NCBI GenBank assembly: GCA_008369845.1
Contig: MRSU01003757.1
Span: 1-50,191, forward strand
Source of the DNA: Trichomonas gallinae
Lineage: Eukaryota
Direction: 5' to 3'
DNA: 50,191 nucleotides
Shown: positions 39,938 to 49,174 of the stretch, piece after piece
Layout of the letters: each line of letters starts with the position of its first letter
Position numbering within the stretch: position 1 is the stretch's first letter
Position numbers and translations under genes: made by a program
The notes under the pieces: generated by a model
Databases searched by the model: none
What the model was told of the DNA's origin: nothing
Seen by the model: only the letters and a program-made list of their open reading frames with translations

Positions 39938-40726
39938 TTAATCGAAAATTGATTGAACTCTAATAATTTCATTATATCTCTGTTCTAAAACAGGACGCAA
40001 GCCCAGATTCCTCAAAGCTTCTTGTGGTTTAAATCTTCCGTAATTAGTTGGCAAAATTGCGCGTCTTTTTGGGAAAATGCTATATTTGTTATTAGTAACA
40101 AAACTATACTCAATTCGCTCATCCCATGGTACTTGTATTTCTGCCAATTGCCTCCATTTTTGAGCAATATCTTCTTGTAGAACCTGTTCTAGTTCTGGAT
40201 CTTCAGATTTGTCTTCTTGCTCAACAATTTGTTCTTCTTTATTGTCTATTTCTTTATCATTATTAGGTATAACTTCTTCATCATTATCAGGTATAGCTAC
40301 TTCATCATCATCACGTGGTGGCAATAGTATCTCATCATCTTCATCATTCTCGTTAATAATATTTTTAGTTTCTGTCTGTGGTTCTTTATTGTAAAAATTG
40401 TTCAATTTATCGAATATTACATTTGCTTTTTCGTTGCAAAAATATGGTGTAATTCTAATTCTCTGTTGTGTGCAAAAAGATATTATTTTAAACGCGAATT
40501 CGGATAAATTTGATACCTTAGAGCCAAAGCATATTAAATACGAATGCTCTTCTGTACATATATGATAGAATAGAAGTTGATTATGTATAGACTTTGCAAA
40601 ATCTATTAATTTCTCTGAAGAAAATTCCGAATTAAATGGTCCAGTCCTGAAGAAAACAGCTGTAGAGTTTTTCAGGTTGCTAAAAGAATGACACATCGCT
40701 CCTACATATATAGATATTTGATCCAT
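39938..40726 (-). CDS. Hypothetical protein with acidic central region
   Basis: 262-aa ATG ORF preceded by GTCACTTTT on its own strand; no recognised domain. Confidence 0.75.
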   Translation of the reverse strand: MDQISIYVGAMCHSFSNLKNSTAVFFRTGPFNSEFSSEKLIDFAKSIHNQLLFYHICTEEHSYLICFGSKVSNLSEFAFKIISFCTQQRIRITPYFCNEKANVIFDKLNNFYNKEPQTETKNIINENDEDDEILLPPRDDDEVAIPDNDEEVIPNNDKEIDNKEEQIVEQEDKSEDPELEQVLQEDIAQKWRQLAEIQVPWDERIEYSFVTNNKYSIFPKRRAILPTNYGRFKPQEALRNLGLRPVLEQRYNEIIRVQSIFD

Positions 40727-41124
40727 GATAAATTATTAAAAAGTGACAAATAATATTGTTACTTTTATTATTCCAAAAAAAAAGCTTTTGTAATTTACTT
40801 TCAATATGAACTTGATAGATGCTGCAGTAACCATCAAGAAATTATCAATTTGTTGCATACAATATAGGGTGGATTTTGTTGTGATTTTGGGCTTGTATTT
40901 GAGAAGTTGTTTGATTTTGAGGTAAAGATTTTTGTTATGTATATTGAGTTGGTGATAAAGCTCTTTGAGTTGAAGATTGATGTTGCTGGGATTCAATGTA
41001 AGATCTTATCATTTCGAATTGAAAATTAGATCTTTATTGTTTGATTTTGAGATGAAGAGCTTTGTTGAATGTAATGAGATGTTATTATTATTTGATTTAT
41101 CAAATGTATACACATTATATCGTG

Positions 41125-41330
41125 AAAAATGAATATACAGCTTTCATTAATGCTTCATATTACGGGCATTGAATTTAAAGTTAATTGCAAAACATTGGAT
41201 TTACTCGACAAGATAACACTTCATTTGCGAACTTATTATCGTTTTTGAATAAATGATTAAAACTCAATTGTAGAAAGAACCAAAACTGAAGCAGTAAATA
41301 GAATATTCTCATGATGCAAATTTAAATACA
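41125..41330 (+). pseudogene. Ankyrin-repeat debris
   Basis: 41125-41172 translates KNEYTAFINASYYGH*. Near 41305-41330, SHDANLN resembles the trichomonad ankyrin linker SHGANIN. Confidence 0.45.
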
Positions 41331-41586
41331 ACAGCTCCATGATATATATTTTCTATATTTTTTTCATATTTCATGGAAAACCGAGATGAAATTAATGGTG
41401 ATATTTATTCATTGAGTTCTTTTATAATTCACAGTGAAACCAATAGACAGGATCTATTCAATAATTTTTCTCTAAAAAAGCGTATTTCGAAGCCCAAATT
41501 TAAAATACAAAATCTACTACAGACAAAGGAAGAGAATATGAAATAAAATAATATGGAAATAATTTTTTCATGATAAAAAATTTTAG

Positions 41587-42588
41587 ATGGATACTTATAA
41601 GATTAGCAACAAAGAAAACAAGTTTTATAAATATGTCTACGAGAAAGACTTCAAGTGTAAGGTGTACAGGGTTGAAGGAGACCGAAAAAACAACTTTCGG
41701 ATGCCAACAGATTCAAAAACATTTGGTGTAACTGCCAGATATTTAGTAATTCAAGTTCGCGTGAATAATTCGGAAAACTGCACCATAACGATCCAGTTAG
41801 GCGATGATGCAGGCAACCATTTCAACTTTGCATTCTCAACATTATCTTGCAAACGCCCATCTTCTTCACAAATGTGCGCATTAATTAATTTACCTTTAGT
41901 AAAGGACAAATGGCTAAATCTTTGCTTCGATTTACAGCAGATTGCAGCAAATTATTGGCCTTCAGGGAATTTTCAAACGCTCGACAGTCTCGAAATCTCA
42001 CCAGTCTGCTATATTCGCGATATTTATGCAACAAATAACCCTCTTTCTCAAGATGGTAACGGAATGGATCTACCTAAATTATATACTATGCCAGCAGGCA
42101 TTGCTTCTATGAATGTTATTATTCCAGACCAAAATATGAAAGATAGTGTTGAACAGTTTAAGTCAAGAATACCTCAGAGAGTTACACCGACTTCAGAATC
42201 TCGCCCTACAAGATCTCCAAAGATTGGAGCCACAAGACAATCTACACGTCGTACACCTCCTACAACAACATCAACAGATCAGTCTCTTTCTATCAATGGA
42301 ATCGGATCTCAAAGAACTTCTCAGAAGAAAGTTATCCCTAGCTTCGAAAGCAACAGTAGAAAGCAACAGTCCCCTCCAAAGTCTCCACCTAAATCAAGAG
42401 ATGAAGAGGAAGACACCGATGATAGTGATGATGCTTTCGGAAGTATCACAGACAATCGCTCTAAGCTAGATATTAAGTCACAGCTTCCTCTTGGCGAGGA
42501 GGAAGAGCTCGAACTTGTTTATATTGAATCTTTAGGTTGTTATTATTGTCCTACAAATCAGCAATATTACGAGCTTGATGCTCACTAA
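41587..42588 (+). CDS. CFAP20DC: CFAP20-domain-containing protein (C3orf67-like)
   Basis: GVTARYLVIQV, WLNLCFDL and FQTLDSLEISPVCYIRDIY (CFAP20/DUF667 fold), plus the C-terminal EEELELVYIESLGCYYCPTNQQYYEL motif of C3orf67. Confidence 0.8.
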   Translation: MDTYKISNKENKFYKYVYEKDFKCKVYRVEGDRKNNFRMPTDSKTFGVTARYLVIQVRVNNSENCTITIQLGDDAGNHFNFAFSTLSCKRPSSSQMCALINLPLVKDKWLNLCFDLQQIAANYWPSGNFQTLDSLEISPVCYIRDIYATNNPLSQDGNGMDLPKLYTMPAGIASMNVIIPDQNMKDSVEQFKSRIPQRVTPTSESRPTRSPKIGATRQSTRRTPPTTTSTDQSLSINGIGSQRTSQKKVIPSFESNSRKQQSPPKSPPKSRDEEEDTDDSDDAFGSITDNRSKLDIKSQLPLGEEEELELVYIESLGCYYCPTNQQYYELDAH

Positions 42589-43174
42589 ACATGTTTATTG
42601 ATACTATATCAATCTAATTTTATTTCAATGCAATTTATTGAAACAATATTGAAAATATTTATTTCGATCAATAATAACATAGTATTATTGATTAGTAATA
42701 TAGAGTATGGATATATAAGTATAATATAAAAAGAATAAAGAATAATATTAAATATTTCATATGATTGGAGAAATATTCATTTTTTATCAATAATAATATG
42801 ATATATTCATTAATGCTACATGTATCTAATCTTATTGCAGTTATATTAATGCTGTAAAAATAATATCACGAAAAGATATTATTAAATCTCAACAAGTAAC
42901 AATTATATAAATGTGTTTGCATATATGTTTTCCTTAACATCTCCTAGAGTCTTGACGTATGAATGCATATATAAAGAAATGAACATAACAATTTAAACTT
43001 ATTTTATCGCAATTCCTTGATACAATATTGAAACAGATGAGAACATAACAATTTTGAATGAACGAGTGTACTATATATATTACTTAAAACACGCCCTAAA
43101 CAAAGGATAAATGATAAAACGCTAATCTTATTAAAGAAAGCAGTGTTTTGTTACTAAAAGATTTCCATAGTGTT

Positions 43175-43732
43175 TTATTTTGTAGCCTTCGTTACGAAAA
43201 GATTTCCATAGTCATCATCTTTCACAATATTTTTAATAACTACACGACCTTCATCGACATTAGGATCAATGTTTAAATTATATGATTTCAAAGTATCCAA
43301 ACCAAGATTTTTAATAACTGGACCACTTTTTGAGTTCTTGCCTCGACCATAAATAAATGAATAGTCTGCGCTGAAATTTGGAGATATATCTTTTTTAATT
43401 CTAAGAGTAATCTGACGTGCAGCGCGTCTTCTTAGACCGTGAAAATCGATAGTAAACTTATTTTTCCTTGGTATCGAGATTGGTTGGATTGATATACTTT
43501 GTAATCTATCATAGTTATGCTTAGAAGCAATGTTGTTAGAAGACTCAATTAGAGTTAGTTTGTTTTCAAGCATTTTCAGTGTATCTTCTAAATTGTTATT
43601 TGATTTTTCGAGAAAATCATGAATATCATGTTCATTTATATCATCGAATGCATTTTCAAGTTCTAACTGTAGAAGGGAATGTGATTGAATTTGAAAAATA
43701 TTTCCTGTCTGATTATGATTATTTCCTGTCAT
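43175..43732 (-). CDS. CUE-like + Smr domain protein (Cue2/N4BP2/NONU-1-like)
   Basis: LENAFDDINEHDIHDFLEKSNNNLEDTLKML (CUE-like), followed by Smr motifs IDFHGL and YGRGKNS. Confidence 0.75.
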   Translation of the reverse strand: MTGNNHNQTGNIFQIQSHSLLQLELENAFDDINEHDIHDFLEKSNNNLEDTLKMLENKLTLIESSNNIASKHNYDRLQSISIQPISIPRKNKFTIDFHGLRRRAARQITLRIKKDISPNFSADYSFIYGRGKNSKSGPVIKNLGLDTLKSYNLNIDPNVDEGRVVIKNIVKDDDYGNLFVTKATK

Positions 43733-43753
43733 CTCCTATGTATAATATATACA

Positions 43754-43975
43754 TTACAAGGCAAATATTTAATATTTTACATGGCAACTTTATTTTACTC
43801 AACAGAAAAATCTTTTACGTGACAAAATTATTTTACATAGCAGATTTGTTATTTTTCAAAACAAAATTTCTGCTTTACATAACAGATATAATACTTTACG
43901 TGACAAAGGTATTTTACATAACAGATTTATTATTTTACAAAACAAATTTAGTGTTTTACATGTCATTTTGTCAAA
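43754..43975 (+). repeat. Array of ~11 TTTAC-N4-CA units (18-22 bp) with an 81-bp higher-order repeat
   Basis: Cores at 43754, 43776, 43794, 43814, 43832, 43853, 43874, 43895, 43913, 43934 and 43955; 43814-43894 aligns with 43895-43975. Confidence 0.9.
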
Positions 43976-43983
43976 ATTAAATA

Positions 43984-44871
43984 ATGAGGGATTCAAATCC
44001 TACACAAGAAAGTGTTGATTCATATTTTAAATTTACTGAGATGATAGATTTTTACAAAAGATTAGGAATCACTGCGTCATTTATAGCATTATGCGTGATT
44101 TTAACGATTTATTGGCTCGAGGCGACTGTTCTCTTTTGTATGTATCATGTTTTCATTAACTCAGAGAAAGCAATACGAAAATCATGCAATGAGCTCCAAG
44201 AAAATGGATCTATCGCGCTAAAATCACAATTCACAAATAAAATTTTCGGATTTGGCGATATAATATGCTCGTACATATGTGGTGTAATCTTGTATTTCTC
44301 AATATCAAAGCCTTATAACTTAGTTGGCTCCATAATTAATTCATTTTTAATGTCTTTCTGCGTTTTCTTTTTAATAGGATCAATGAAATCAATAGCCATT
44401 GGGTTCCAATTTTTCCGAACGTGCGACATAGAAAATGGCGCTTTAGGATTATTAACACAAATATCAATTATTTTTAGGTATATTTTAGTCTCTCCGATTT
44501 GGTTGTGCTATGTATCAGATGTACCGCAGAATCAAATACCCAATAAGCTCTCAAAAATTGCTCAGTCATATATTATTGCAAAAGTTATTGGATTATTGTT
44601 TTTATGCTCCAACTTCTCATCCTCAATCAAGCAGTTCTTTAGTGCAGTATTTATTAGCATTAAAGGATACGAAAAATGCCAAAAATGCGGATCAAAAGAT
44701 AAAAATTTAATGATGACACAATGCAGTCATATTTTATGCATGGACTGCATCGATAGAGCTAGAAAAGTTCTTGCTAAATGCTCAATTTGCCAATCATCGA
44801 TTCCAAGAAAATGGACTCTTCCTTATTGCAACGGTTTCCTAAGTGAAACTATCCTTTACTTTACTTTATAA
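43984..44871 (+). CDS. Multi-pass membrane RING-HC E3 ligase (RNFT1-like)
   Basis: About five TM helices, FRYILVSPIWLCY and C3HC4 finger CQKC...CSHILCMDC...CSIC. Confidence 0.8.
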   Translation: MRDSNPTQESVDSYFKFTEMIDFYKRLGITASFIALCVILTIYWLEATVLFCMYHVFINSEKAIRKSCNELQENGSIALKSQFTNKIFGFGDIICSYICGVILYFSISKPYNLVGSIINSFLMSFCVFFLIGSMKSIAIGFQFFRTCDIENGALGLLTQISIIFRYILVSPIWLCYVSDVPQNQIPNKLSKIAQSYIIAKVIGLLFLCSNFSSSIKQFFSAVFISIKGYEKCQKCGSKDKNLMMTQCSHILCMDCIDRARKVLAKCSICQSSIPRKWTLPYCNGFLSETILYFTL

Positions 44872-45096
44872 AGCTTTGTTTGTATGTTTATTCTCATTAG
44901 ATGCATTTTTTTTATTTGATATATTATATTAACTATAATACATAATTATAACAATGATAATGTTCTATGGCAAGATTATCATTATAATTCAATTGCATAA
45001 GTATGAAATCCCAATAATATTATATGTTTGATTTATAAATATAAGAATAAAATAATTTGAATTAAAAATAAGCAATAGATGGATAGTTTAAAGTAT

Positions 45097-45828
45097 CTAT
45101 GGCTGATAATAGCCGGGATATGGAAAATGACTGCCATAAACATATAAACAATTTTGTTTTGCGTAGTTAATGAAGTATTTGCGCTTCTCAACAGCAGCCT
45201 CTTTATCCATATCATAAATTGAGCAATATTCTGGATGATCTTTTTGTAATGCGAGTGCATGCATCATATCAGCGCAAATTAATACTTTTCCTATCTCAAA
45301 TATTGTGAGTCCTGGCGTGTGACCTGAACAATCGTGCGTTTTGACGTTGCATGGCAGAATATCTCCATGTTTAAAGAATATAAGACGGGAACCATAAAGA
45401 TCTACTATTTTCTCTATGCGAAGTCTATCTACTTCTCTAAACTCGAATCGGCCGTTGTATTCTTTTTCGCCAAGATAAACTTTTGAGTTTGGAAAAACAA
45501 CCTCATCTCCATTGAGCAGACCACCAACATGATCACGGTGGATATGTGATATGTAGATATAGTTAATATCTTCAGGCAAAACATTTATTGATTTAAGTTT
45601 TTCTAGGAGAATGGTATCTGATTGAGGGTATCCTGTATCAACGAGTATATTTGTACCATTAACATCTATCAAAAAGACACTATATGATGAAGGAATCGCT
45701 TTTTCAAATCCGATTTCTTTAAATACTTCATCTGGAGTGTCTGGGAACAGTTCTTTCTTCATATAATAGTCAGTTGGCATGTAATGTATCCATGTTACCT
45801 TGAAATTATCGAGTTCTAAAGTATGCAT
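45097..45828 (-). CDS. Metallo-beta-lactamase-fold hydrolase, bacterial OPHC2/methyl-parathion-hydrolase/lactonase-like
   Basis: ILVDTG, SHIHRDHVGGL (HxHxDH), GHTPG, ADMMH and SHFPYPG. Confidence 0.9.
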   Translation of the reverse strand: MHTLELDNFKVTWIHYMPTDYYMKKELFPDTPDEVFKEIGFEKAIPSSYSVFLIDVNGTNILVDTGYPQSDTILLEKLKSINVLPEDINYIYISHIHRDHVGGLLNGDEVVFPNSKVYLGEKEYNGRFEFREVDRLRIEKIVDLYGSRLIFFKHGDILPCNVKTHDCSGHTPGLTIFEIGKVLICADMMHALALQKDHPEYCSIYDMDKEAAVEKRKYFINYAKQNCLYVYGSHFPYPGYYQP

Positions 45829-46780
45829 CAATTCAACAATGTTGAATATAAATATTCTAAAGTCAGAATCTTATATTTTTGCATGATACACAGAAAATAC
45901 AATGAATATAACCGAACTTTCACCTTTTTGAAAATAAAGAAAATATTTCATTCAGAGATTCAACGCTTACCATAAATTAACAATGCATTACTACCAGATA
46001 ATCATAGTCGGACTATGCACACGAGTTATTTTATCATGGACGTATCAAATAAATAATAAAATCAACTCTCATATTTGAAGAATCAAAAATCTCACACAGA
46101 TCGATAAAAAACATAGTTGTCGTTCTATTATCAATGGATTTTGATCAATGAATTAATAAATTGCAAAAATATTTGTTTGTCATTGAAGAGAAATTGATGA
46201 TAGTCTAGAATTCTAAAAATTATCAACTTCTCCTCAAGTAGAACCAACTCTCGTCTAACAACTCATTCTGCGATGATGCTTCATTGTTTTTTGCCACATA
46301 AATATTATTTTGTCAAAAATCAACTTTACAACGTCAAAAATACTCTTTACAATGTCAAAAAATTTATAATCAAACAATCGATCAATAGCTTTATATCTAA
46401 GCCTTAATATTGTAAATATATAATATATAGATAATACAGAATGCATATATGAAAAATAAGTTAAAAATCACAAAAAATTAAACATCAAAAGAATATCATC
46501 AATATATATGAAAATGCTCTTATTTAACCAAATAATATCAAGGGGATATGATTAAAATTAAGATATATAACAATGTCACTCATATATATTAATATAATAT
46601 CATGATTTCGTAACAAAATTAACAATTAAGCAAAGATTGATCAGTTTTATATGTGAAATATCAATATTATCATGAATGACCAGGATAAAATGAAGAAGCA
46701 TGAAGTGCTGTGTTTATTGGTCCTATACATTATCTTGTATAGTGATGATGAAGTGATCAAAAAGTTTCATTTTTTTGCTG

Positions 46781-49063
46781 ATGATTTTTCTCGAAGATTT
46801 TTCCCATGTTATGATGAACATTCTCGATGAAACAACAATAAACATCGAATACAATCATAGCATCAACTCGTTTTTGCTAGTAACACCGTCTTCTGTCTCT
46901 TTAATGACGATGTCCGAAAAAGATCCAAAAATTTCATCAACATTCGAGTGTAAATCAAAGATATTCGATGACGACATACTTATTTCAGGTGCTTTCATTA
47001 ACAAATCCTCAATTACTTGCTTGACCTCAAAAGGAAGAATATTTTTATTCCAAATAGATTCGAAATTGCGGATGAATTTCACAAAAGAAATCGCTATAAA
47101 AGAAAATACATACTTTAGTACTATTTCCACGTACAACGGATTCGTTGTTGCCTGTGATCACAAAGGATTTTTAAGATTGCTTTCTACTGAGTCAGTTAGC
47201 GCAGATAATTACTGTCTCTCATTGAATTTCGAACTCAGTCAGTGGCCAATCAAGAAATTATCTCTTGGGCAAAAACGAGGAATAATTTTATGCGCAGATG
47301 GATCAACAATGTCATTCGAAATCGACAAAACTATACTTTCCAATAGCGAATACAAACTAAAACCGAAGATTTTAACAGAATCTGGAGTTTCCTTAATTTG
47401 CGGATCTCCAAAATCGAGATTTTTCGTCGAATACATGCCATCAGGAGTACTACACATTACAGATTTAGTCAATTTTGACCAAAAAATCACAAACTGCCCG
47501 CAAATTTTTAGTTTAGCTTTTAGTGATGACGGACAGACAGTTTTTGGCTCAACGCGCGATGGCTTTATTGCCTGGTCTTCTAGATGCCAGAGGATAAGGT
47601 ACCTCTCTTCCAAGGATACAGTGAACTCGCGCAGCCTCTGCTTGTCTGATTCCTTCCTTGTTTCTTCGATCAATTCTGGCATTGCAATTATTCCTTTGTT
47701 AAAATCGCCGATTAACAGAGGCCCGCTTTTATTTGGCGGCGGTAAGATAATAGAAGCAAGAGCAGCAACAAATGGATGCGTAGCACTAGTGCATCCGTGC
47801 AAATCTGCCGGCAATATTTTAAGTTGCTCGTCTGATGAATCCGGAAGATTAATTTCTGTTGTCGGTACTACAGGAATTTCTCTTTTTGCCAAATCAACGG
47901 CGAACTGGCATACTCCAGAAATATCAGCCAATTACGTGCCTAGAGATGTAGACTTCATGGACAGGATGCTTTGTTTGACTGCTTACTCTAAGAAGGATAT
48001 GAGATATGTTTTATTGCTAGCGAAATCAACAATTTCTCAACAGCTTGAAATTGTTAAATCATTTCCATTGACTGGCCGCCCAATTTCTCTCAGGGCTACA
48101 CTGCAGTCTTGCGCTGTTGTTGCCGGAAAATCCGTCTTCATTGTCGATGGCCTTTTCAATATTAGCAAGATGACACTCAAAGAAGAAATATTAGTCGCAG
48201 AACCAATTTCTCCAAGTTCTGTGATTTTGCTGACGAAGAATTTTAAATTGATGAAAATTTCGTCTGACGAAGAAACACTGCTTTTAGACAAAGTCACATC
48301 ATTTTTTGTTGACTCTGTTAACAGACTGGTTTTCGCACAAAGCGAGTTCGCAATGTTTGCGTCGCAAATTTCCAATATTAATTTCGTCAAAATATTCCAG
48401 AGCGAAGACATACCTATAGGAATCTTGTCTGACTTATTCGCACTGGTGACAATAGAACCAGGCAGCACACTTCCTTTGCATCCTGTTTTGACTCATTTCT
48501 TCAATCCATCGCTGATAGATGAAGAAAAATCAGCAGAGATAATTTCAAGGTCACCTTTCGCTCAGTCGATTTTGATGCAGATTGCGACACAATCAGTGAG
48601 AAGTGGACACCCAGAGAACTCAATTCCTTTCTTGATGAGGTTCAAGGACCACTTTCCAACAATAATCACAGCAATCTTGAGAACATCAGAGCCGCCAGAA
48701 AGAGAAAAAATTTTCGGCGTCGTAGGCAGACCAACAAAACTGTTCACGGAGACGGCTAAGTGCACAATAGAAGATGAATCAGCACCAATTCCTAACTTTG
48801 TTCCTTGCAGTGATTTGACTGACGAATCTCTCCAAAATGGCGCGCTTTTGCTGGAAGTTGTTTTCGCAGGTGATGGAGTCCCTACTGCCTTGTCTGCAGC
48901 GATATTTTTAGCTGAGCACGCTTCTGTTGTTTCTGACGACTTTGTTCGCGCATTCAGGATGTTTGTTGCCGCAGCAAAAGAGATGCACGAAAAAGAAGCA
49001 AACTTACAGGATTTAATTCAGAAAGCTGAGCAACTGATCGAGAAACTCTCAAATAAGAGATAA
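46781..49063 (+). CDS. RIC1: RIC1-like protein (Ric1-Rgp1 Rab6 GEF subunit)
   Basis: Beta-propeller-like N-terminus. SDESGRLISVVGTTGISLF....NW and FPTIITAILRTSE....KIFGVVGRPTKLF correspond to RIC1 motifs (IAVVGxxGFAHY...KW; ARKTE...LF..VGNPKDLF). ATG follows the Inr TTCATTTT. Confidence 0.65.
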   Translation: MIFLEDFSHVMMNILDETTINIEYNHSINSFLLVTPSSVSLMTMSEKDPKISSTFECKSKIFDDDILISGAFINKSSITCLTSKGRIFLFQIDSKLRMNFTKEIAIKENTYFSTISTYNGFVVACDHKGFLRLLSTESVSADNYCLSLNFELSQWPIKKLSLGQKRGIILCADGSTMSFEIDKTILSNSEYKLKPKILTESGVSLICGSPKSRFFVEYMPSGVLHITDLVNFDQKITNCPQIFSLAFSDDGQTVFGSTRDGFIAWSSRCQRIRYLSSKDTVNSRSLCLSDSFLVSSINSGIAIIPLLKSPINRGPLLFGGGKIIEARAATNGCVALVHPCKSAGNILSCSSDESGRLISVVGTTGISLFAKSTANWHTPEISANYVPRDVDFMDRMLCLTAYSKKDMRYVLLLAKSTISQQLEIVKSFPLTGRPISLRATLQSCAVVAGKSVFIVDGLFNISKMTLKEEILVAEPISPSSVILLTKNFKLMKISSDEETLLLDKVTSFFVDSVNRLVFAQSEFAMFASQISNINFVKIFQSEDIPIGILSDLFALVTIEPGSTLPLHPVLTHFFNPSLIDEEKSAEIISRSPFAQSILMQIATQSVRSGHPENSIPFLMRFKDHFPTIITAILRTSEPPEREKIFGVVGRPTKLFTETAKCTIEDESAPIPNFVPCSDLTDESLQNGALLLEVVFAGDGVPTALSAAIFLAEHASVVSDDFVRAFRMFVAAAKEMHEKEANLQDLIQKAEQLIEKLSNKR

Positions 49064-49174
49064 TCATTATTATTATTTCATAATCTAGAAAGGCATATTT
49101 ATTTGTTTGAATAAAAAAGATAAATTTGTAAAACAATGGAAAACCTTTAATCACTGTATTATGGGGAAAGAAAT

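Noticed and set aside
40736..40996. 86-aa ORF and similar AT-rich short ORFs (7206, 19074, 25169, 32635, 32860, 46255)
   Set aside because: Intergenic composition, mostly non-ATG starts and no Inr or domain support.
43579..43980. 133-aa ORF with repeated FY(I/V)T motifs
   Set aside because: A translation by-product of the TTTAC-N4-CA DNA array; non-ATG start and overlaps the Smr gene.
46675..46760. Two hairpins (GACCA..ATAAA/TTTATTGGTC; CTATACA/TGTATAG) followed by TGATGA, considered as SECIS, U3 or C/D snoRNA
   Set aside because: Helix too short for SECIS; U3 boxes B, C and D not found; no convincing terminal stem for a C/D RNA.
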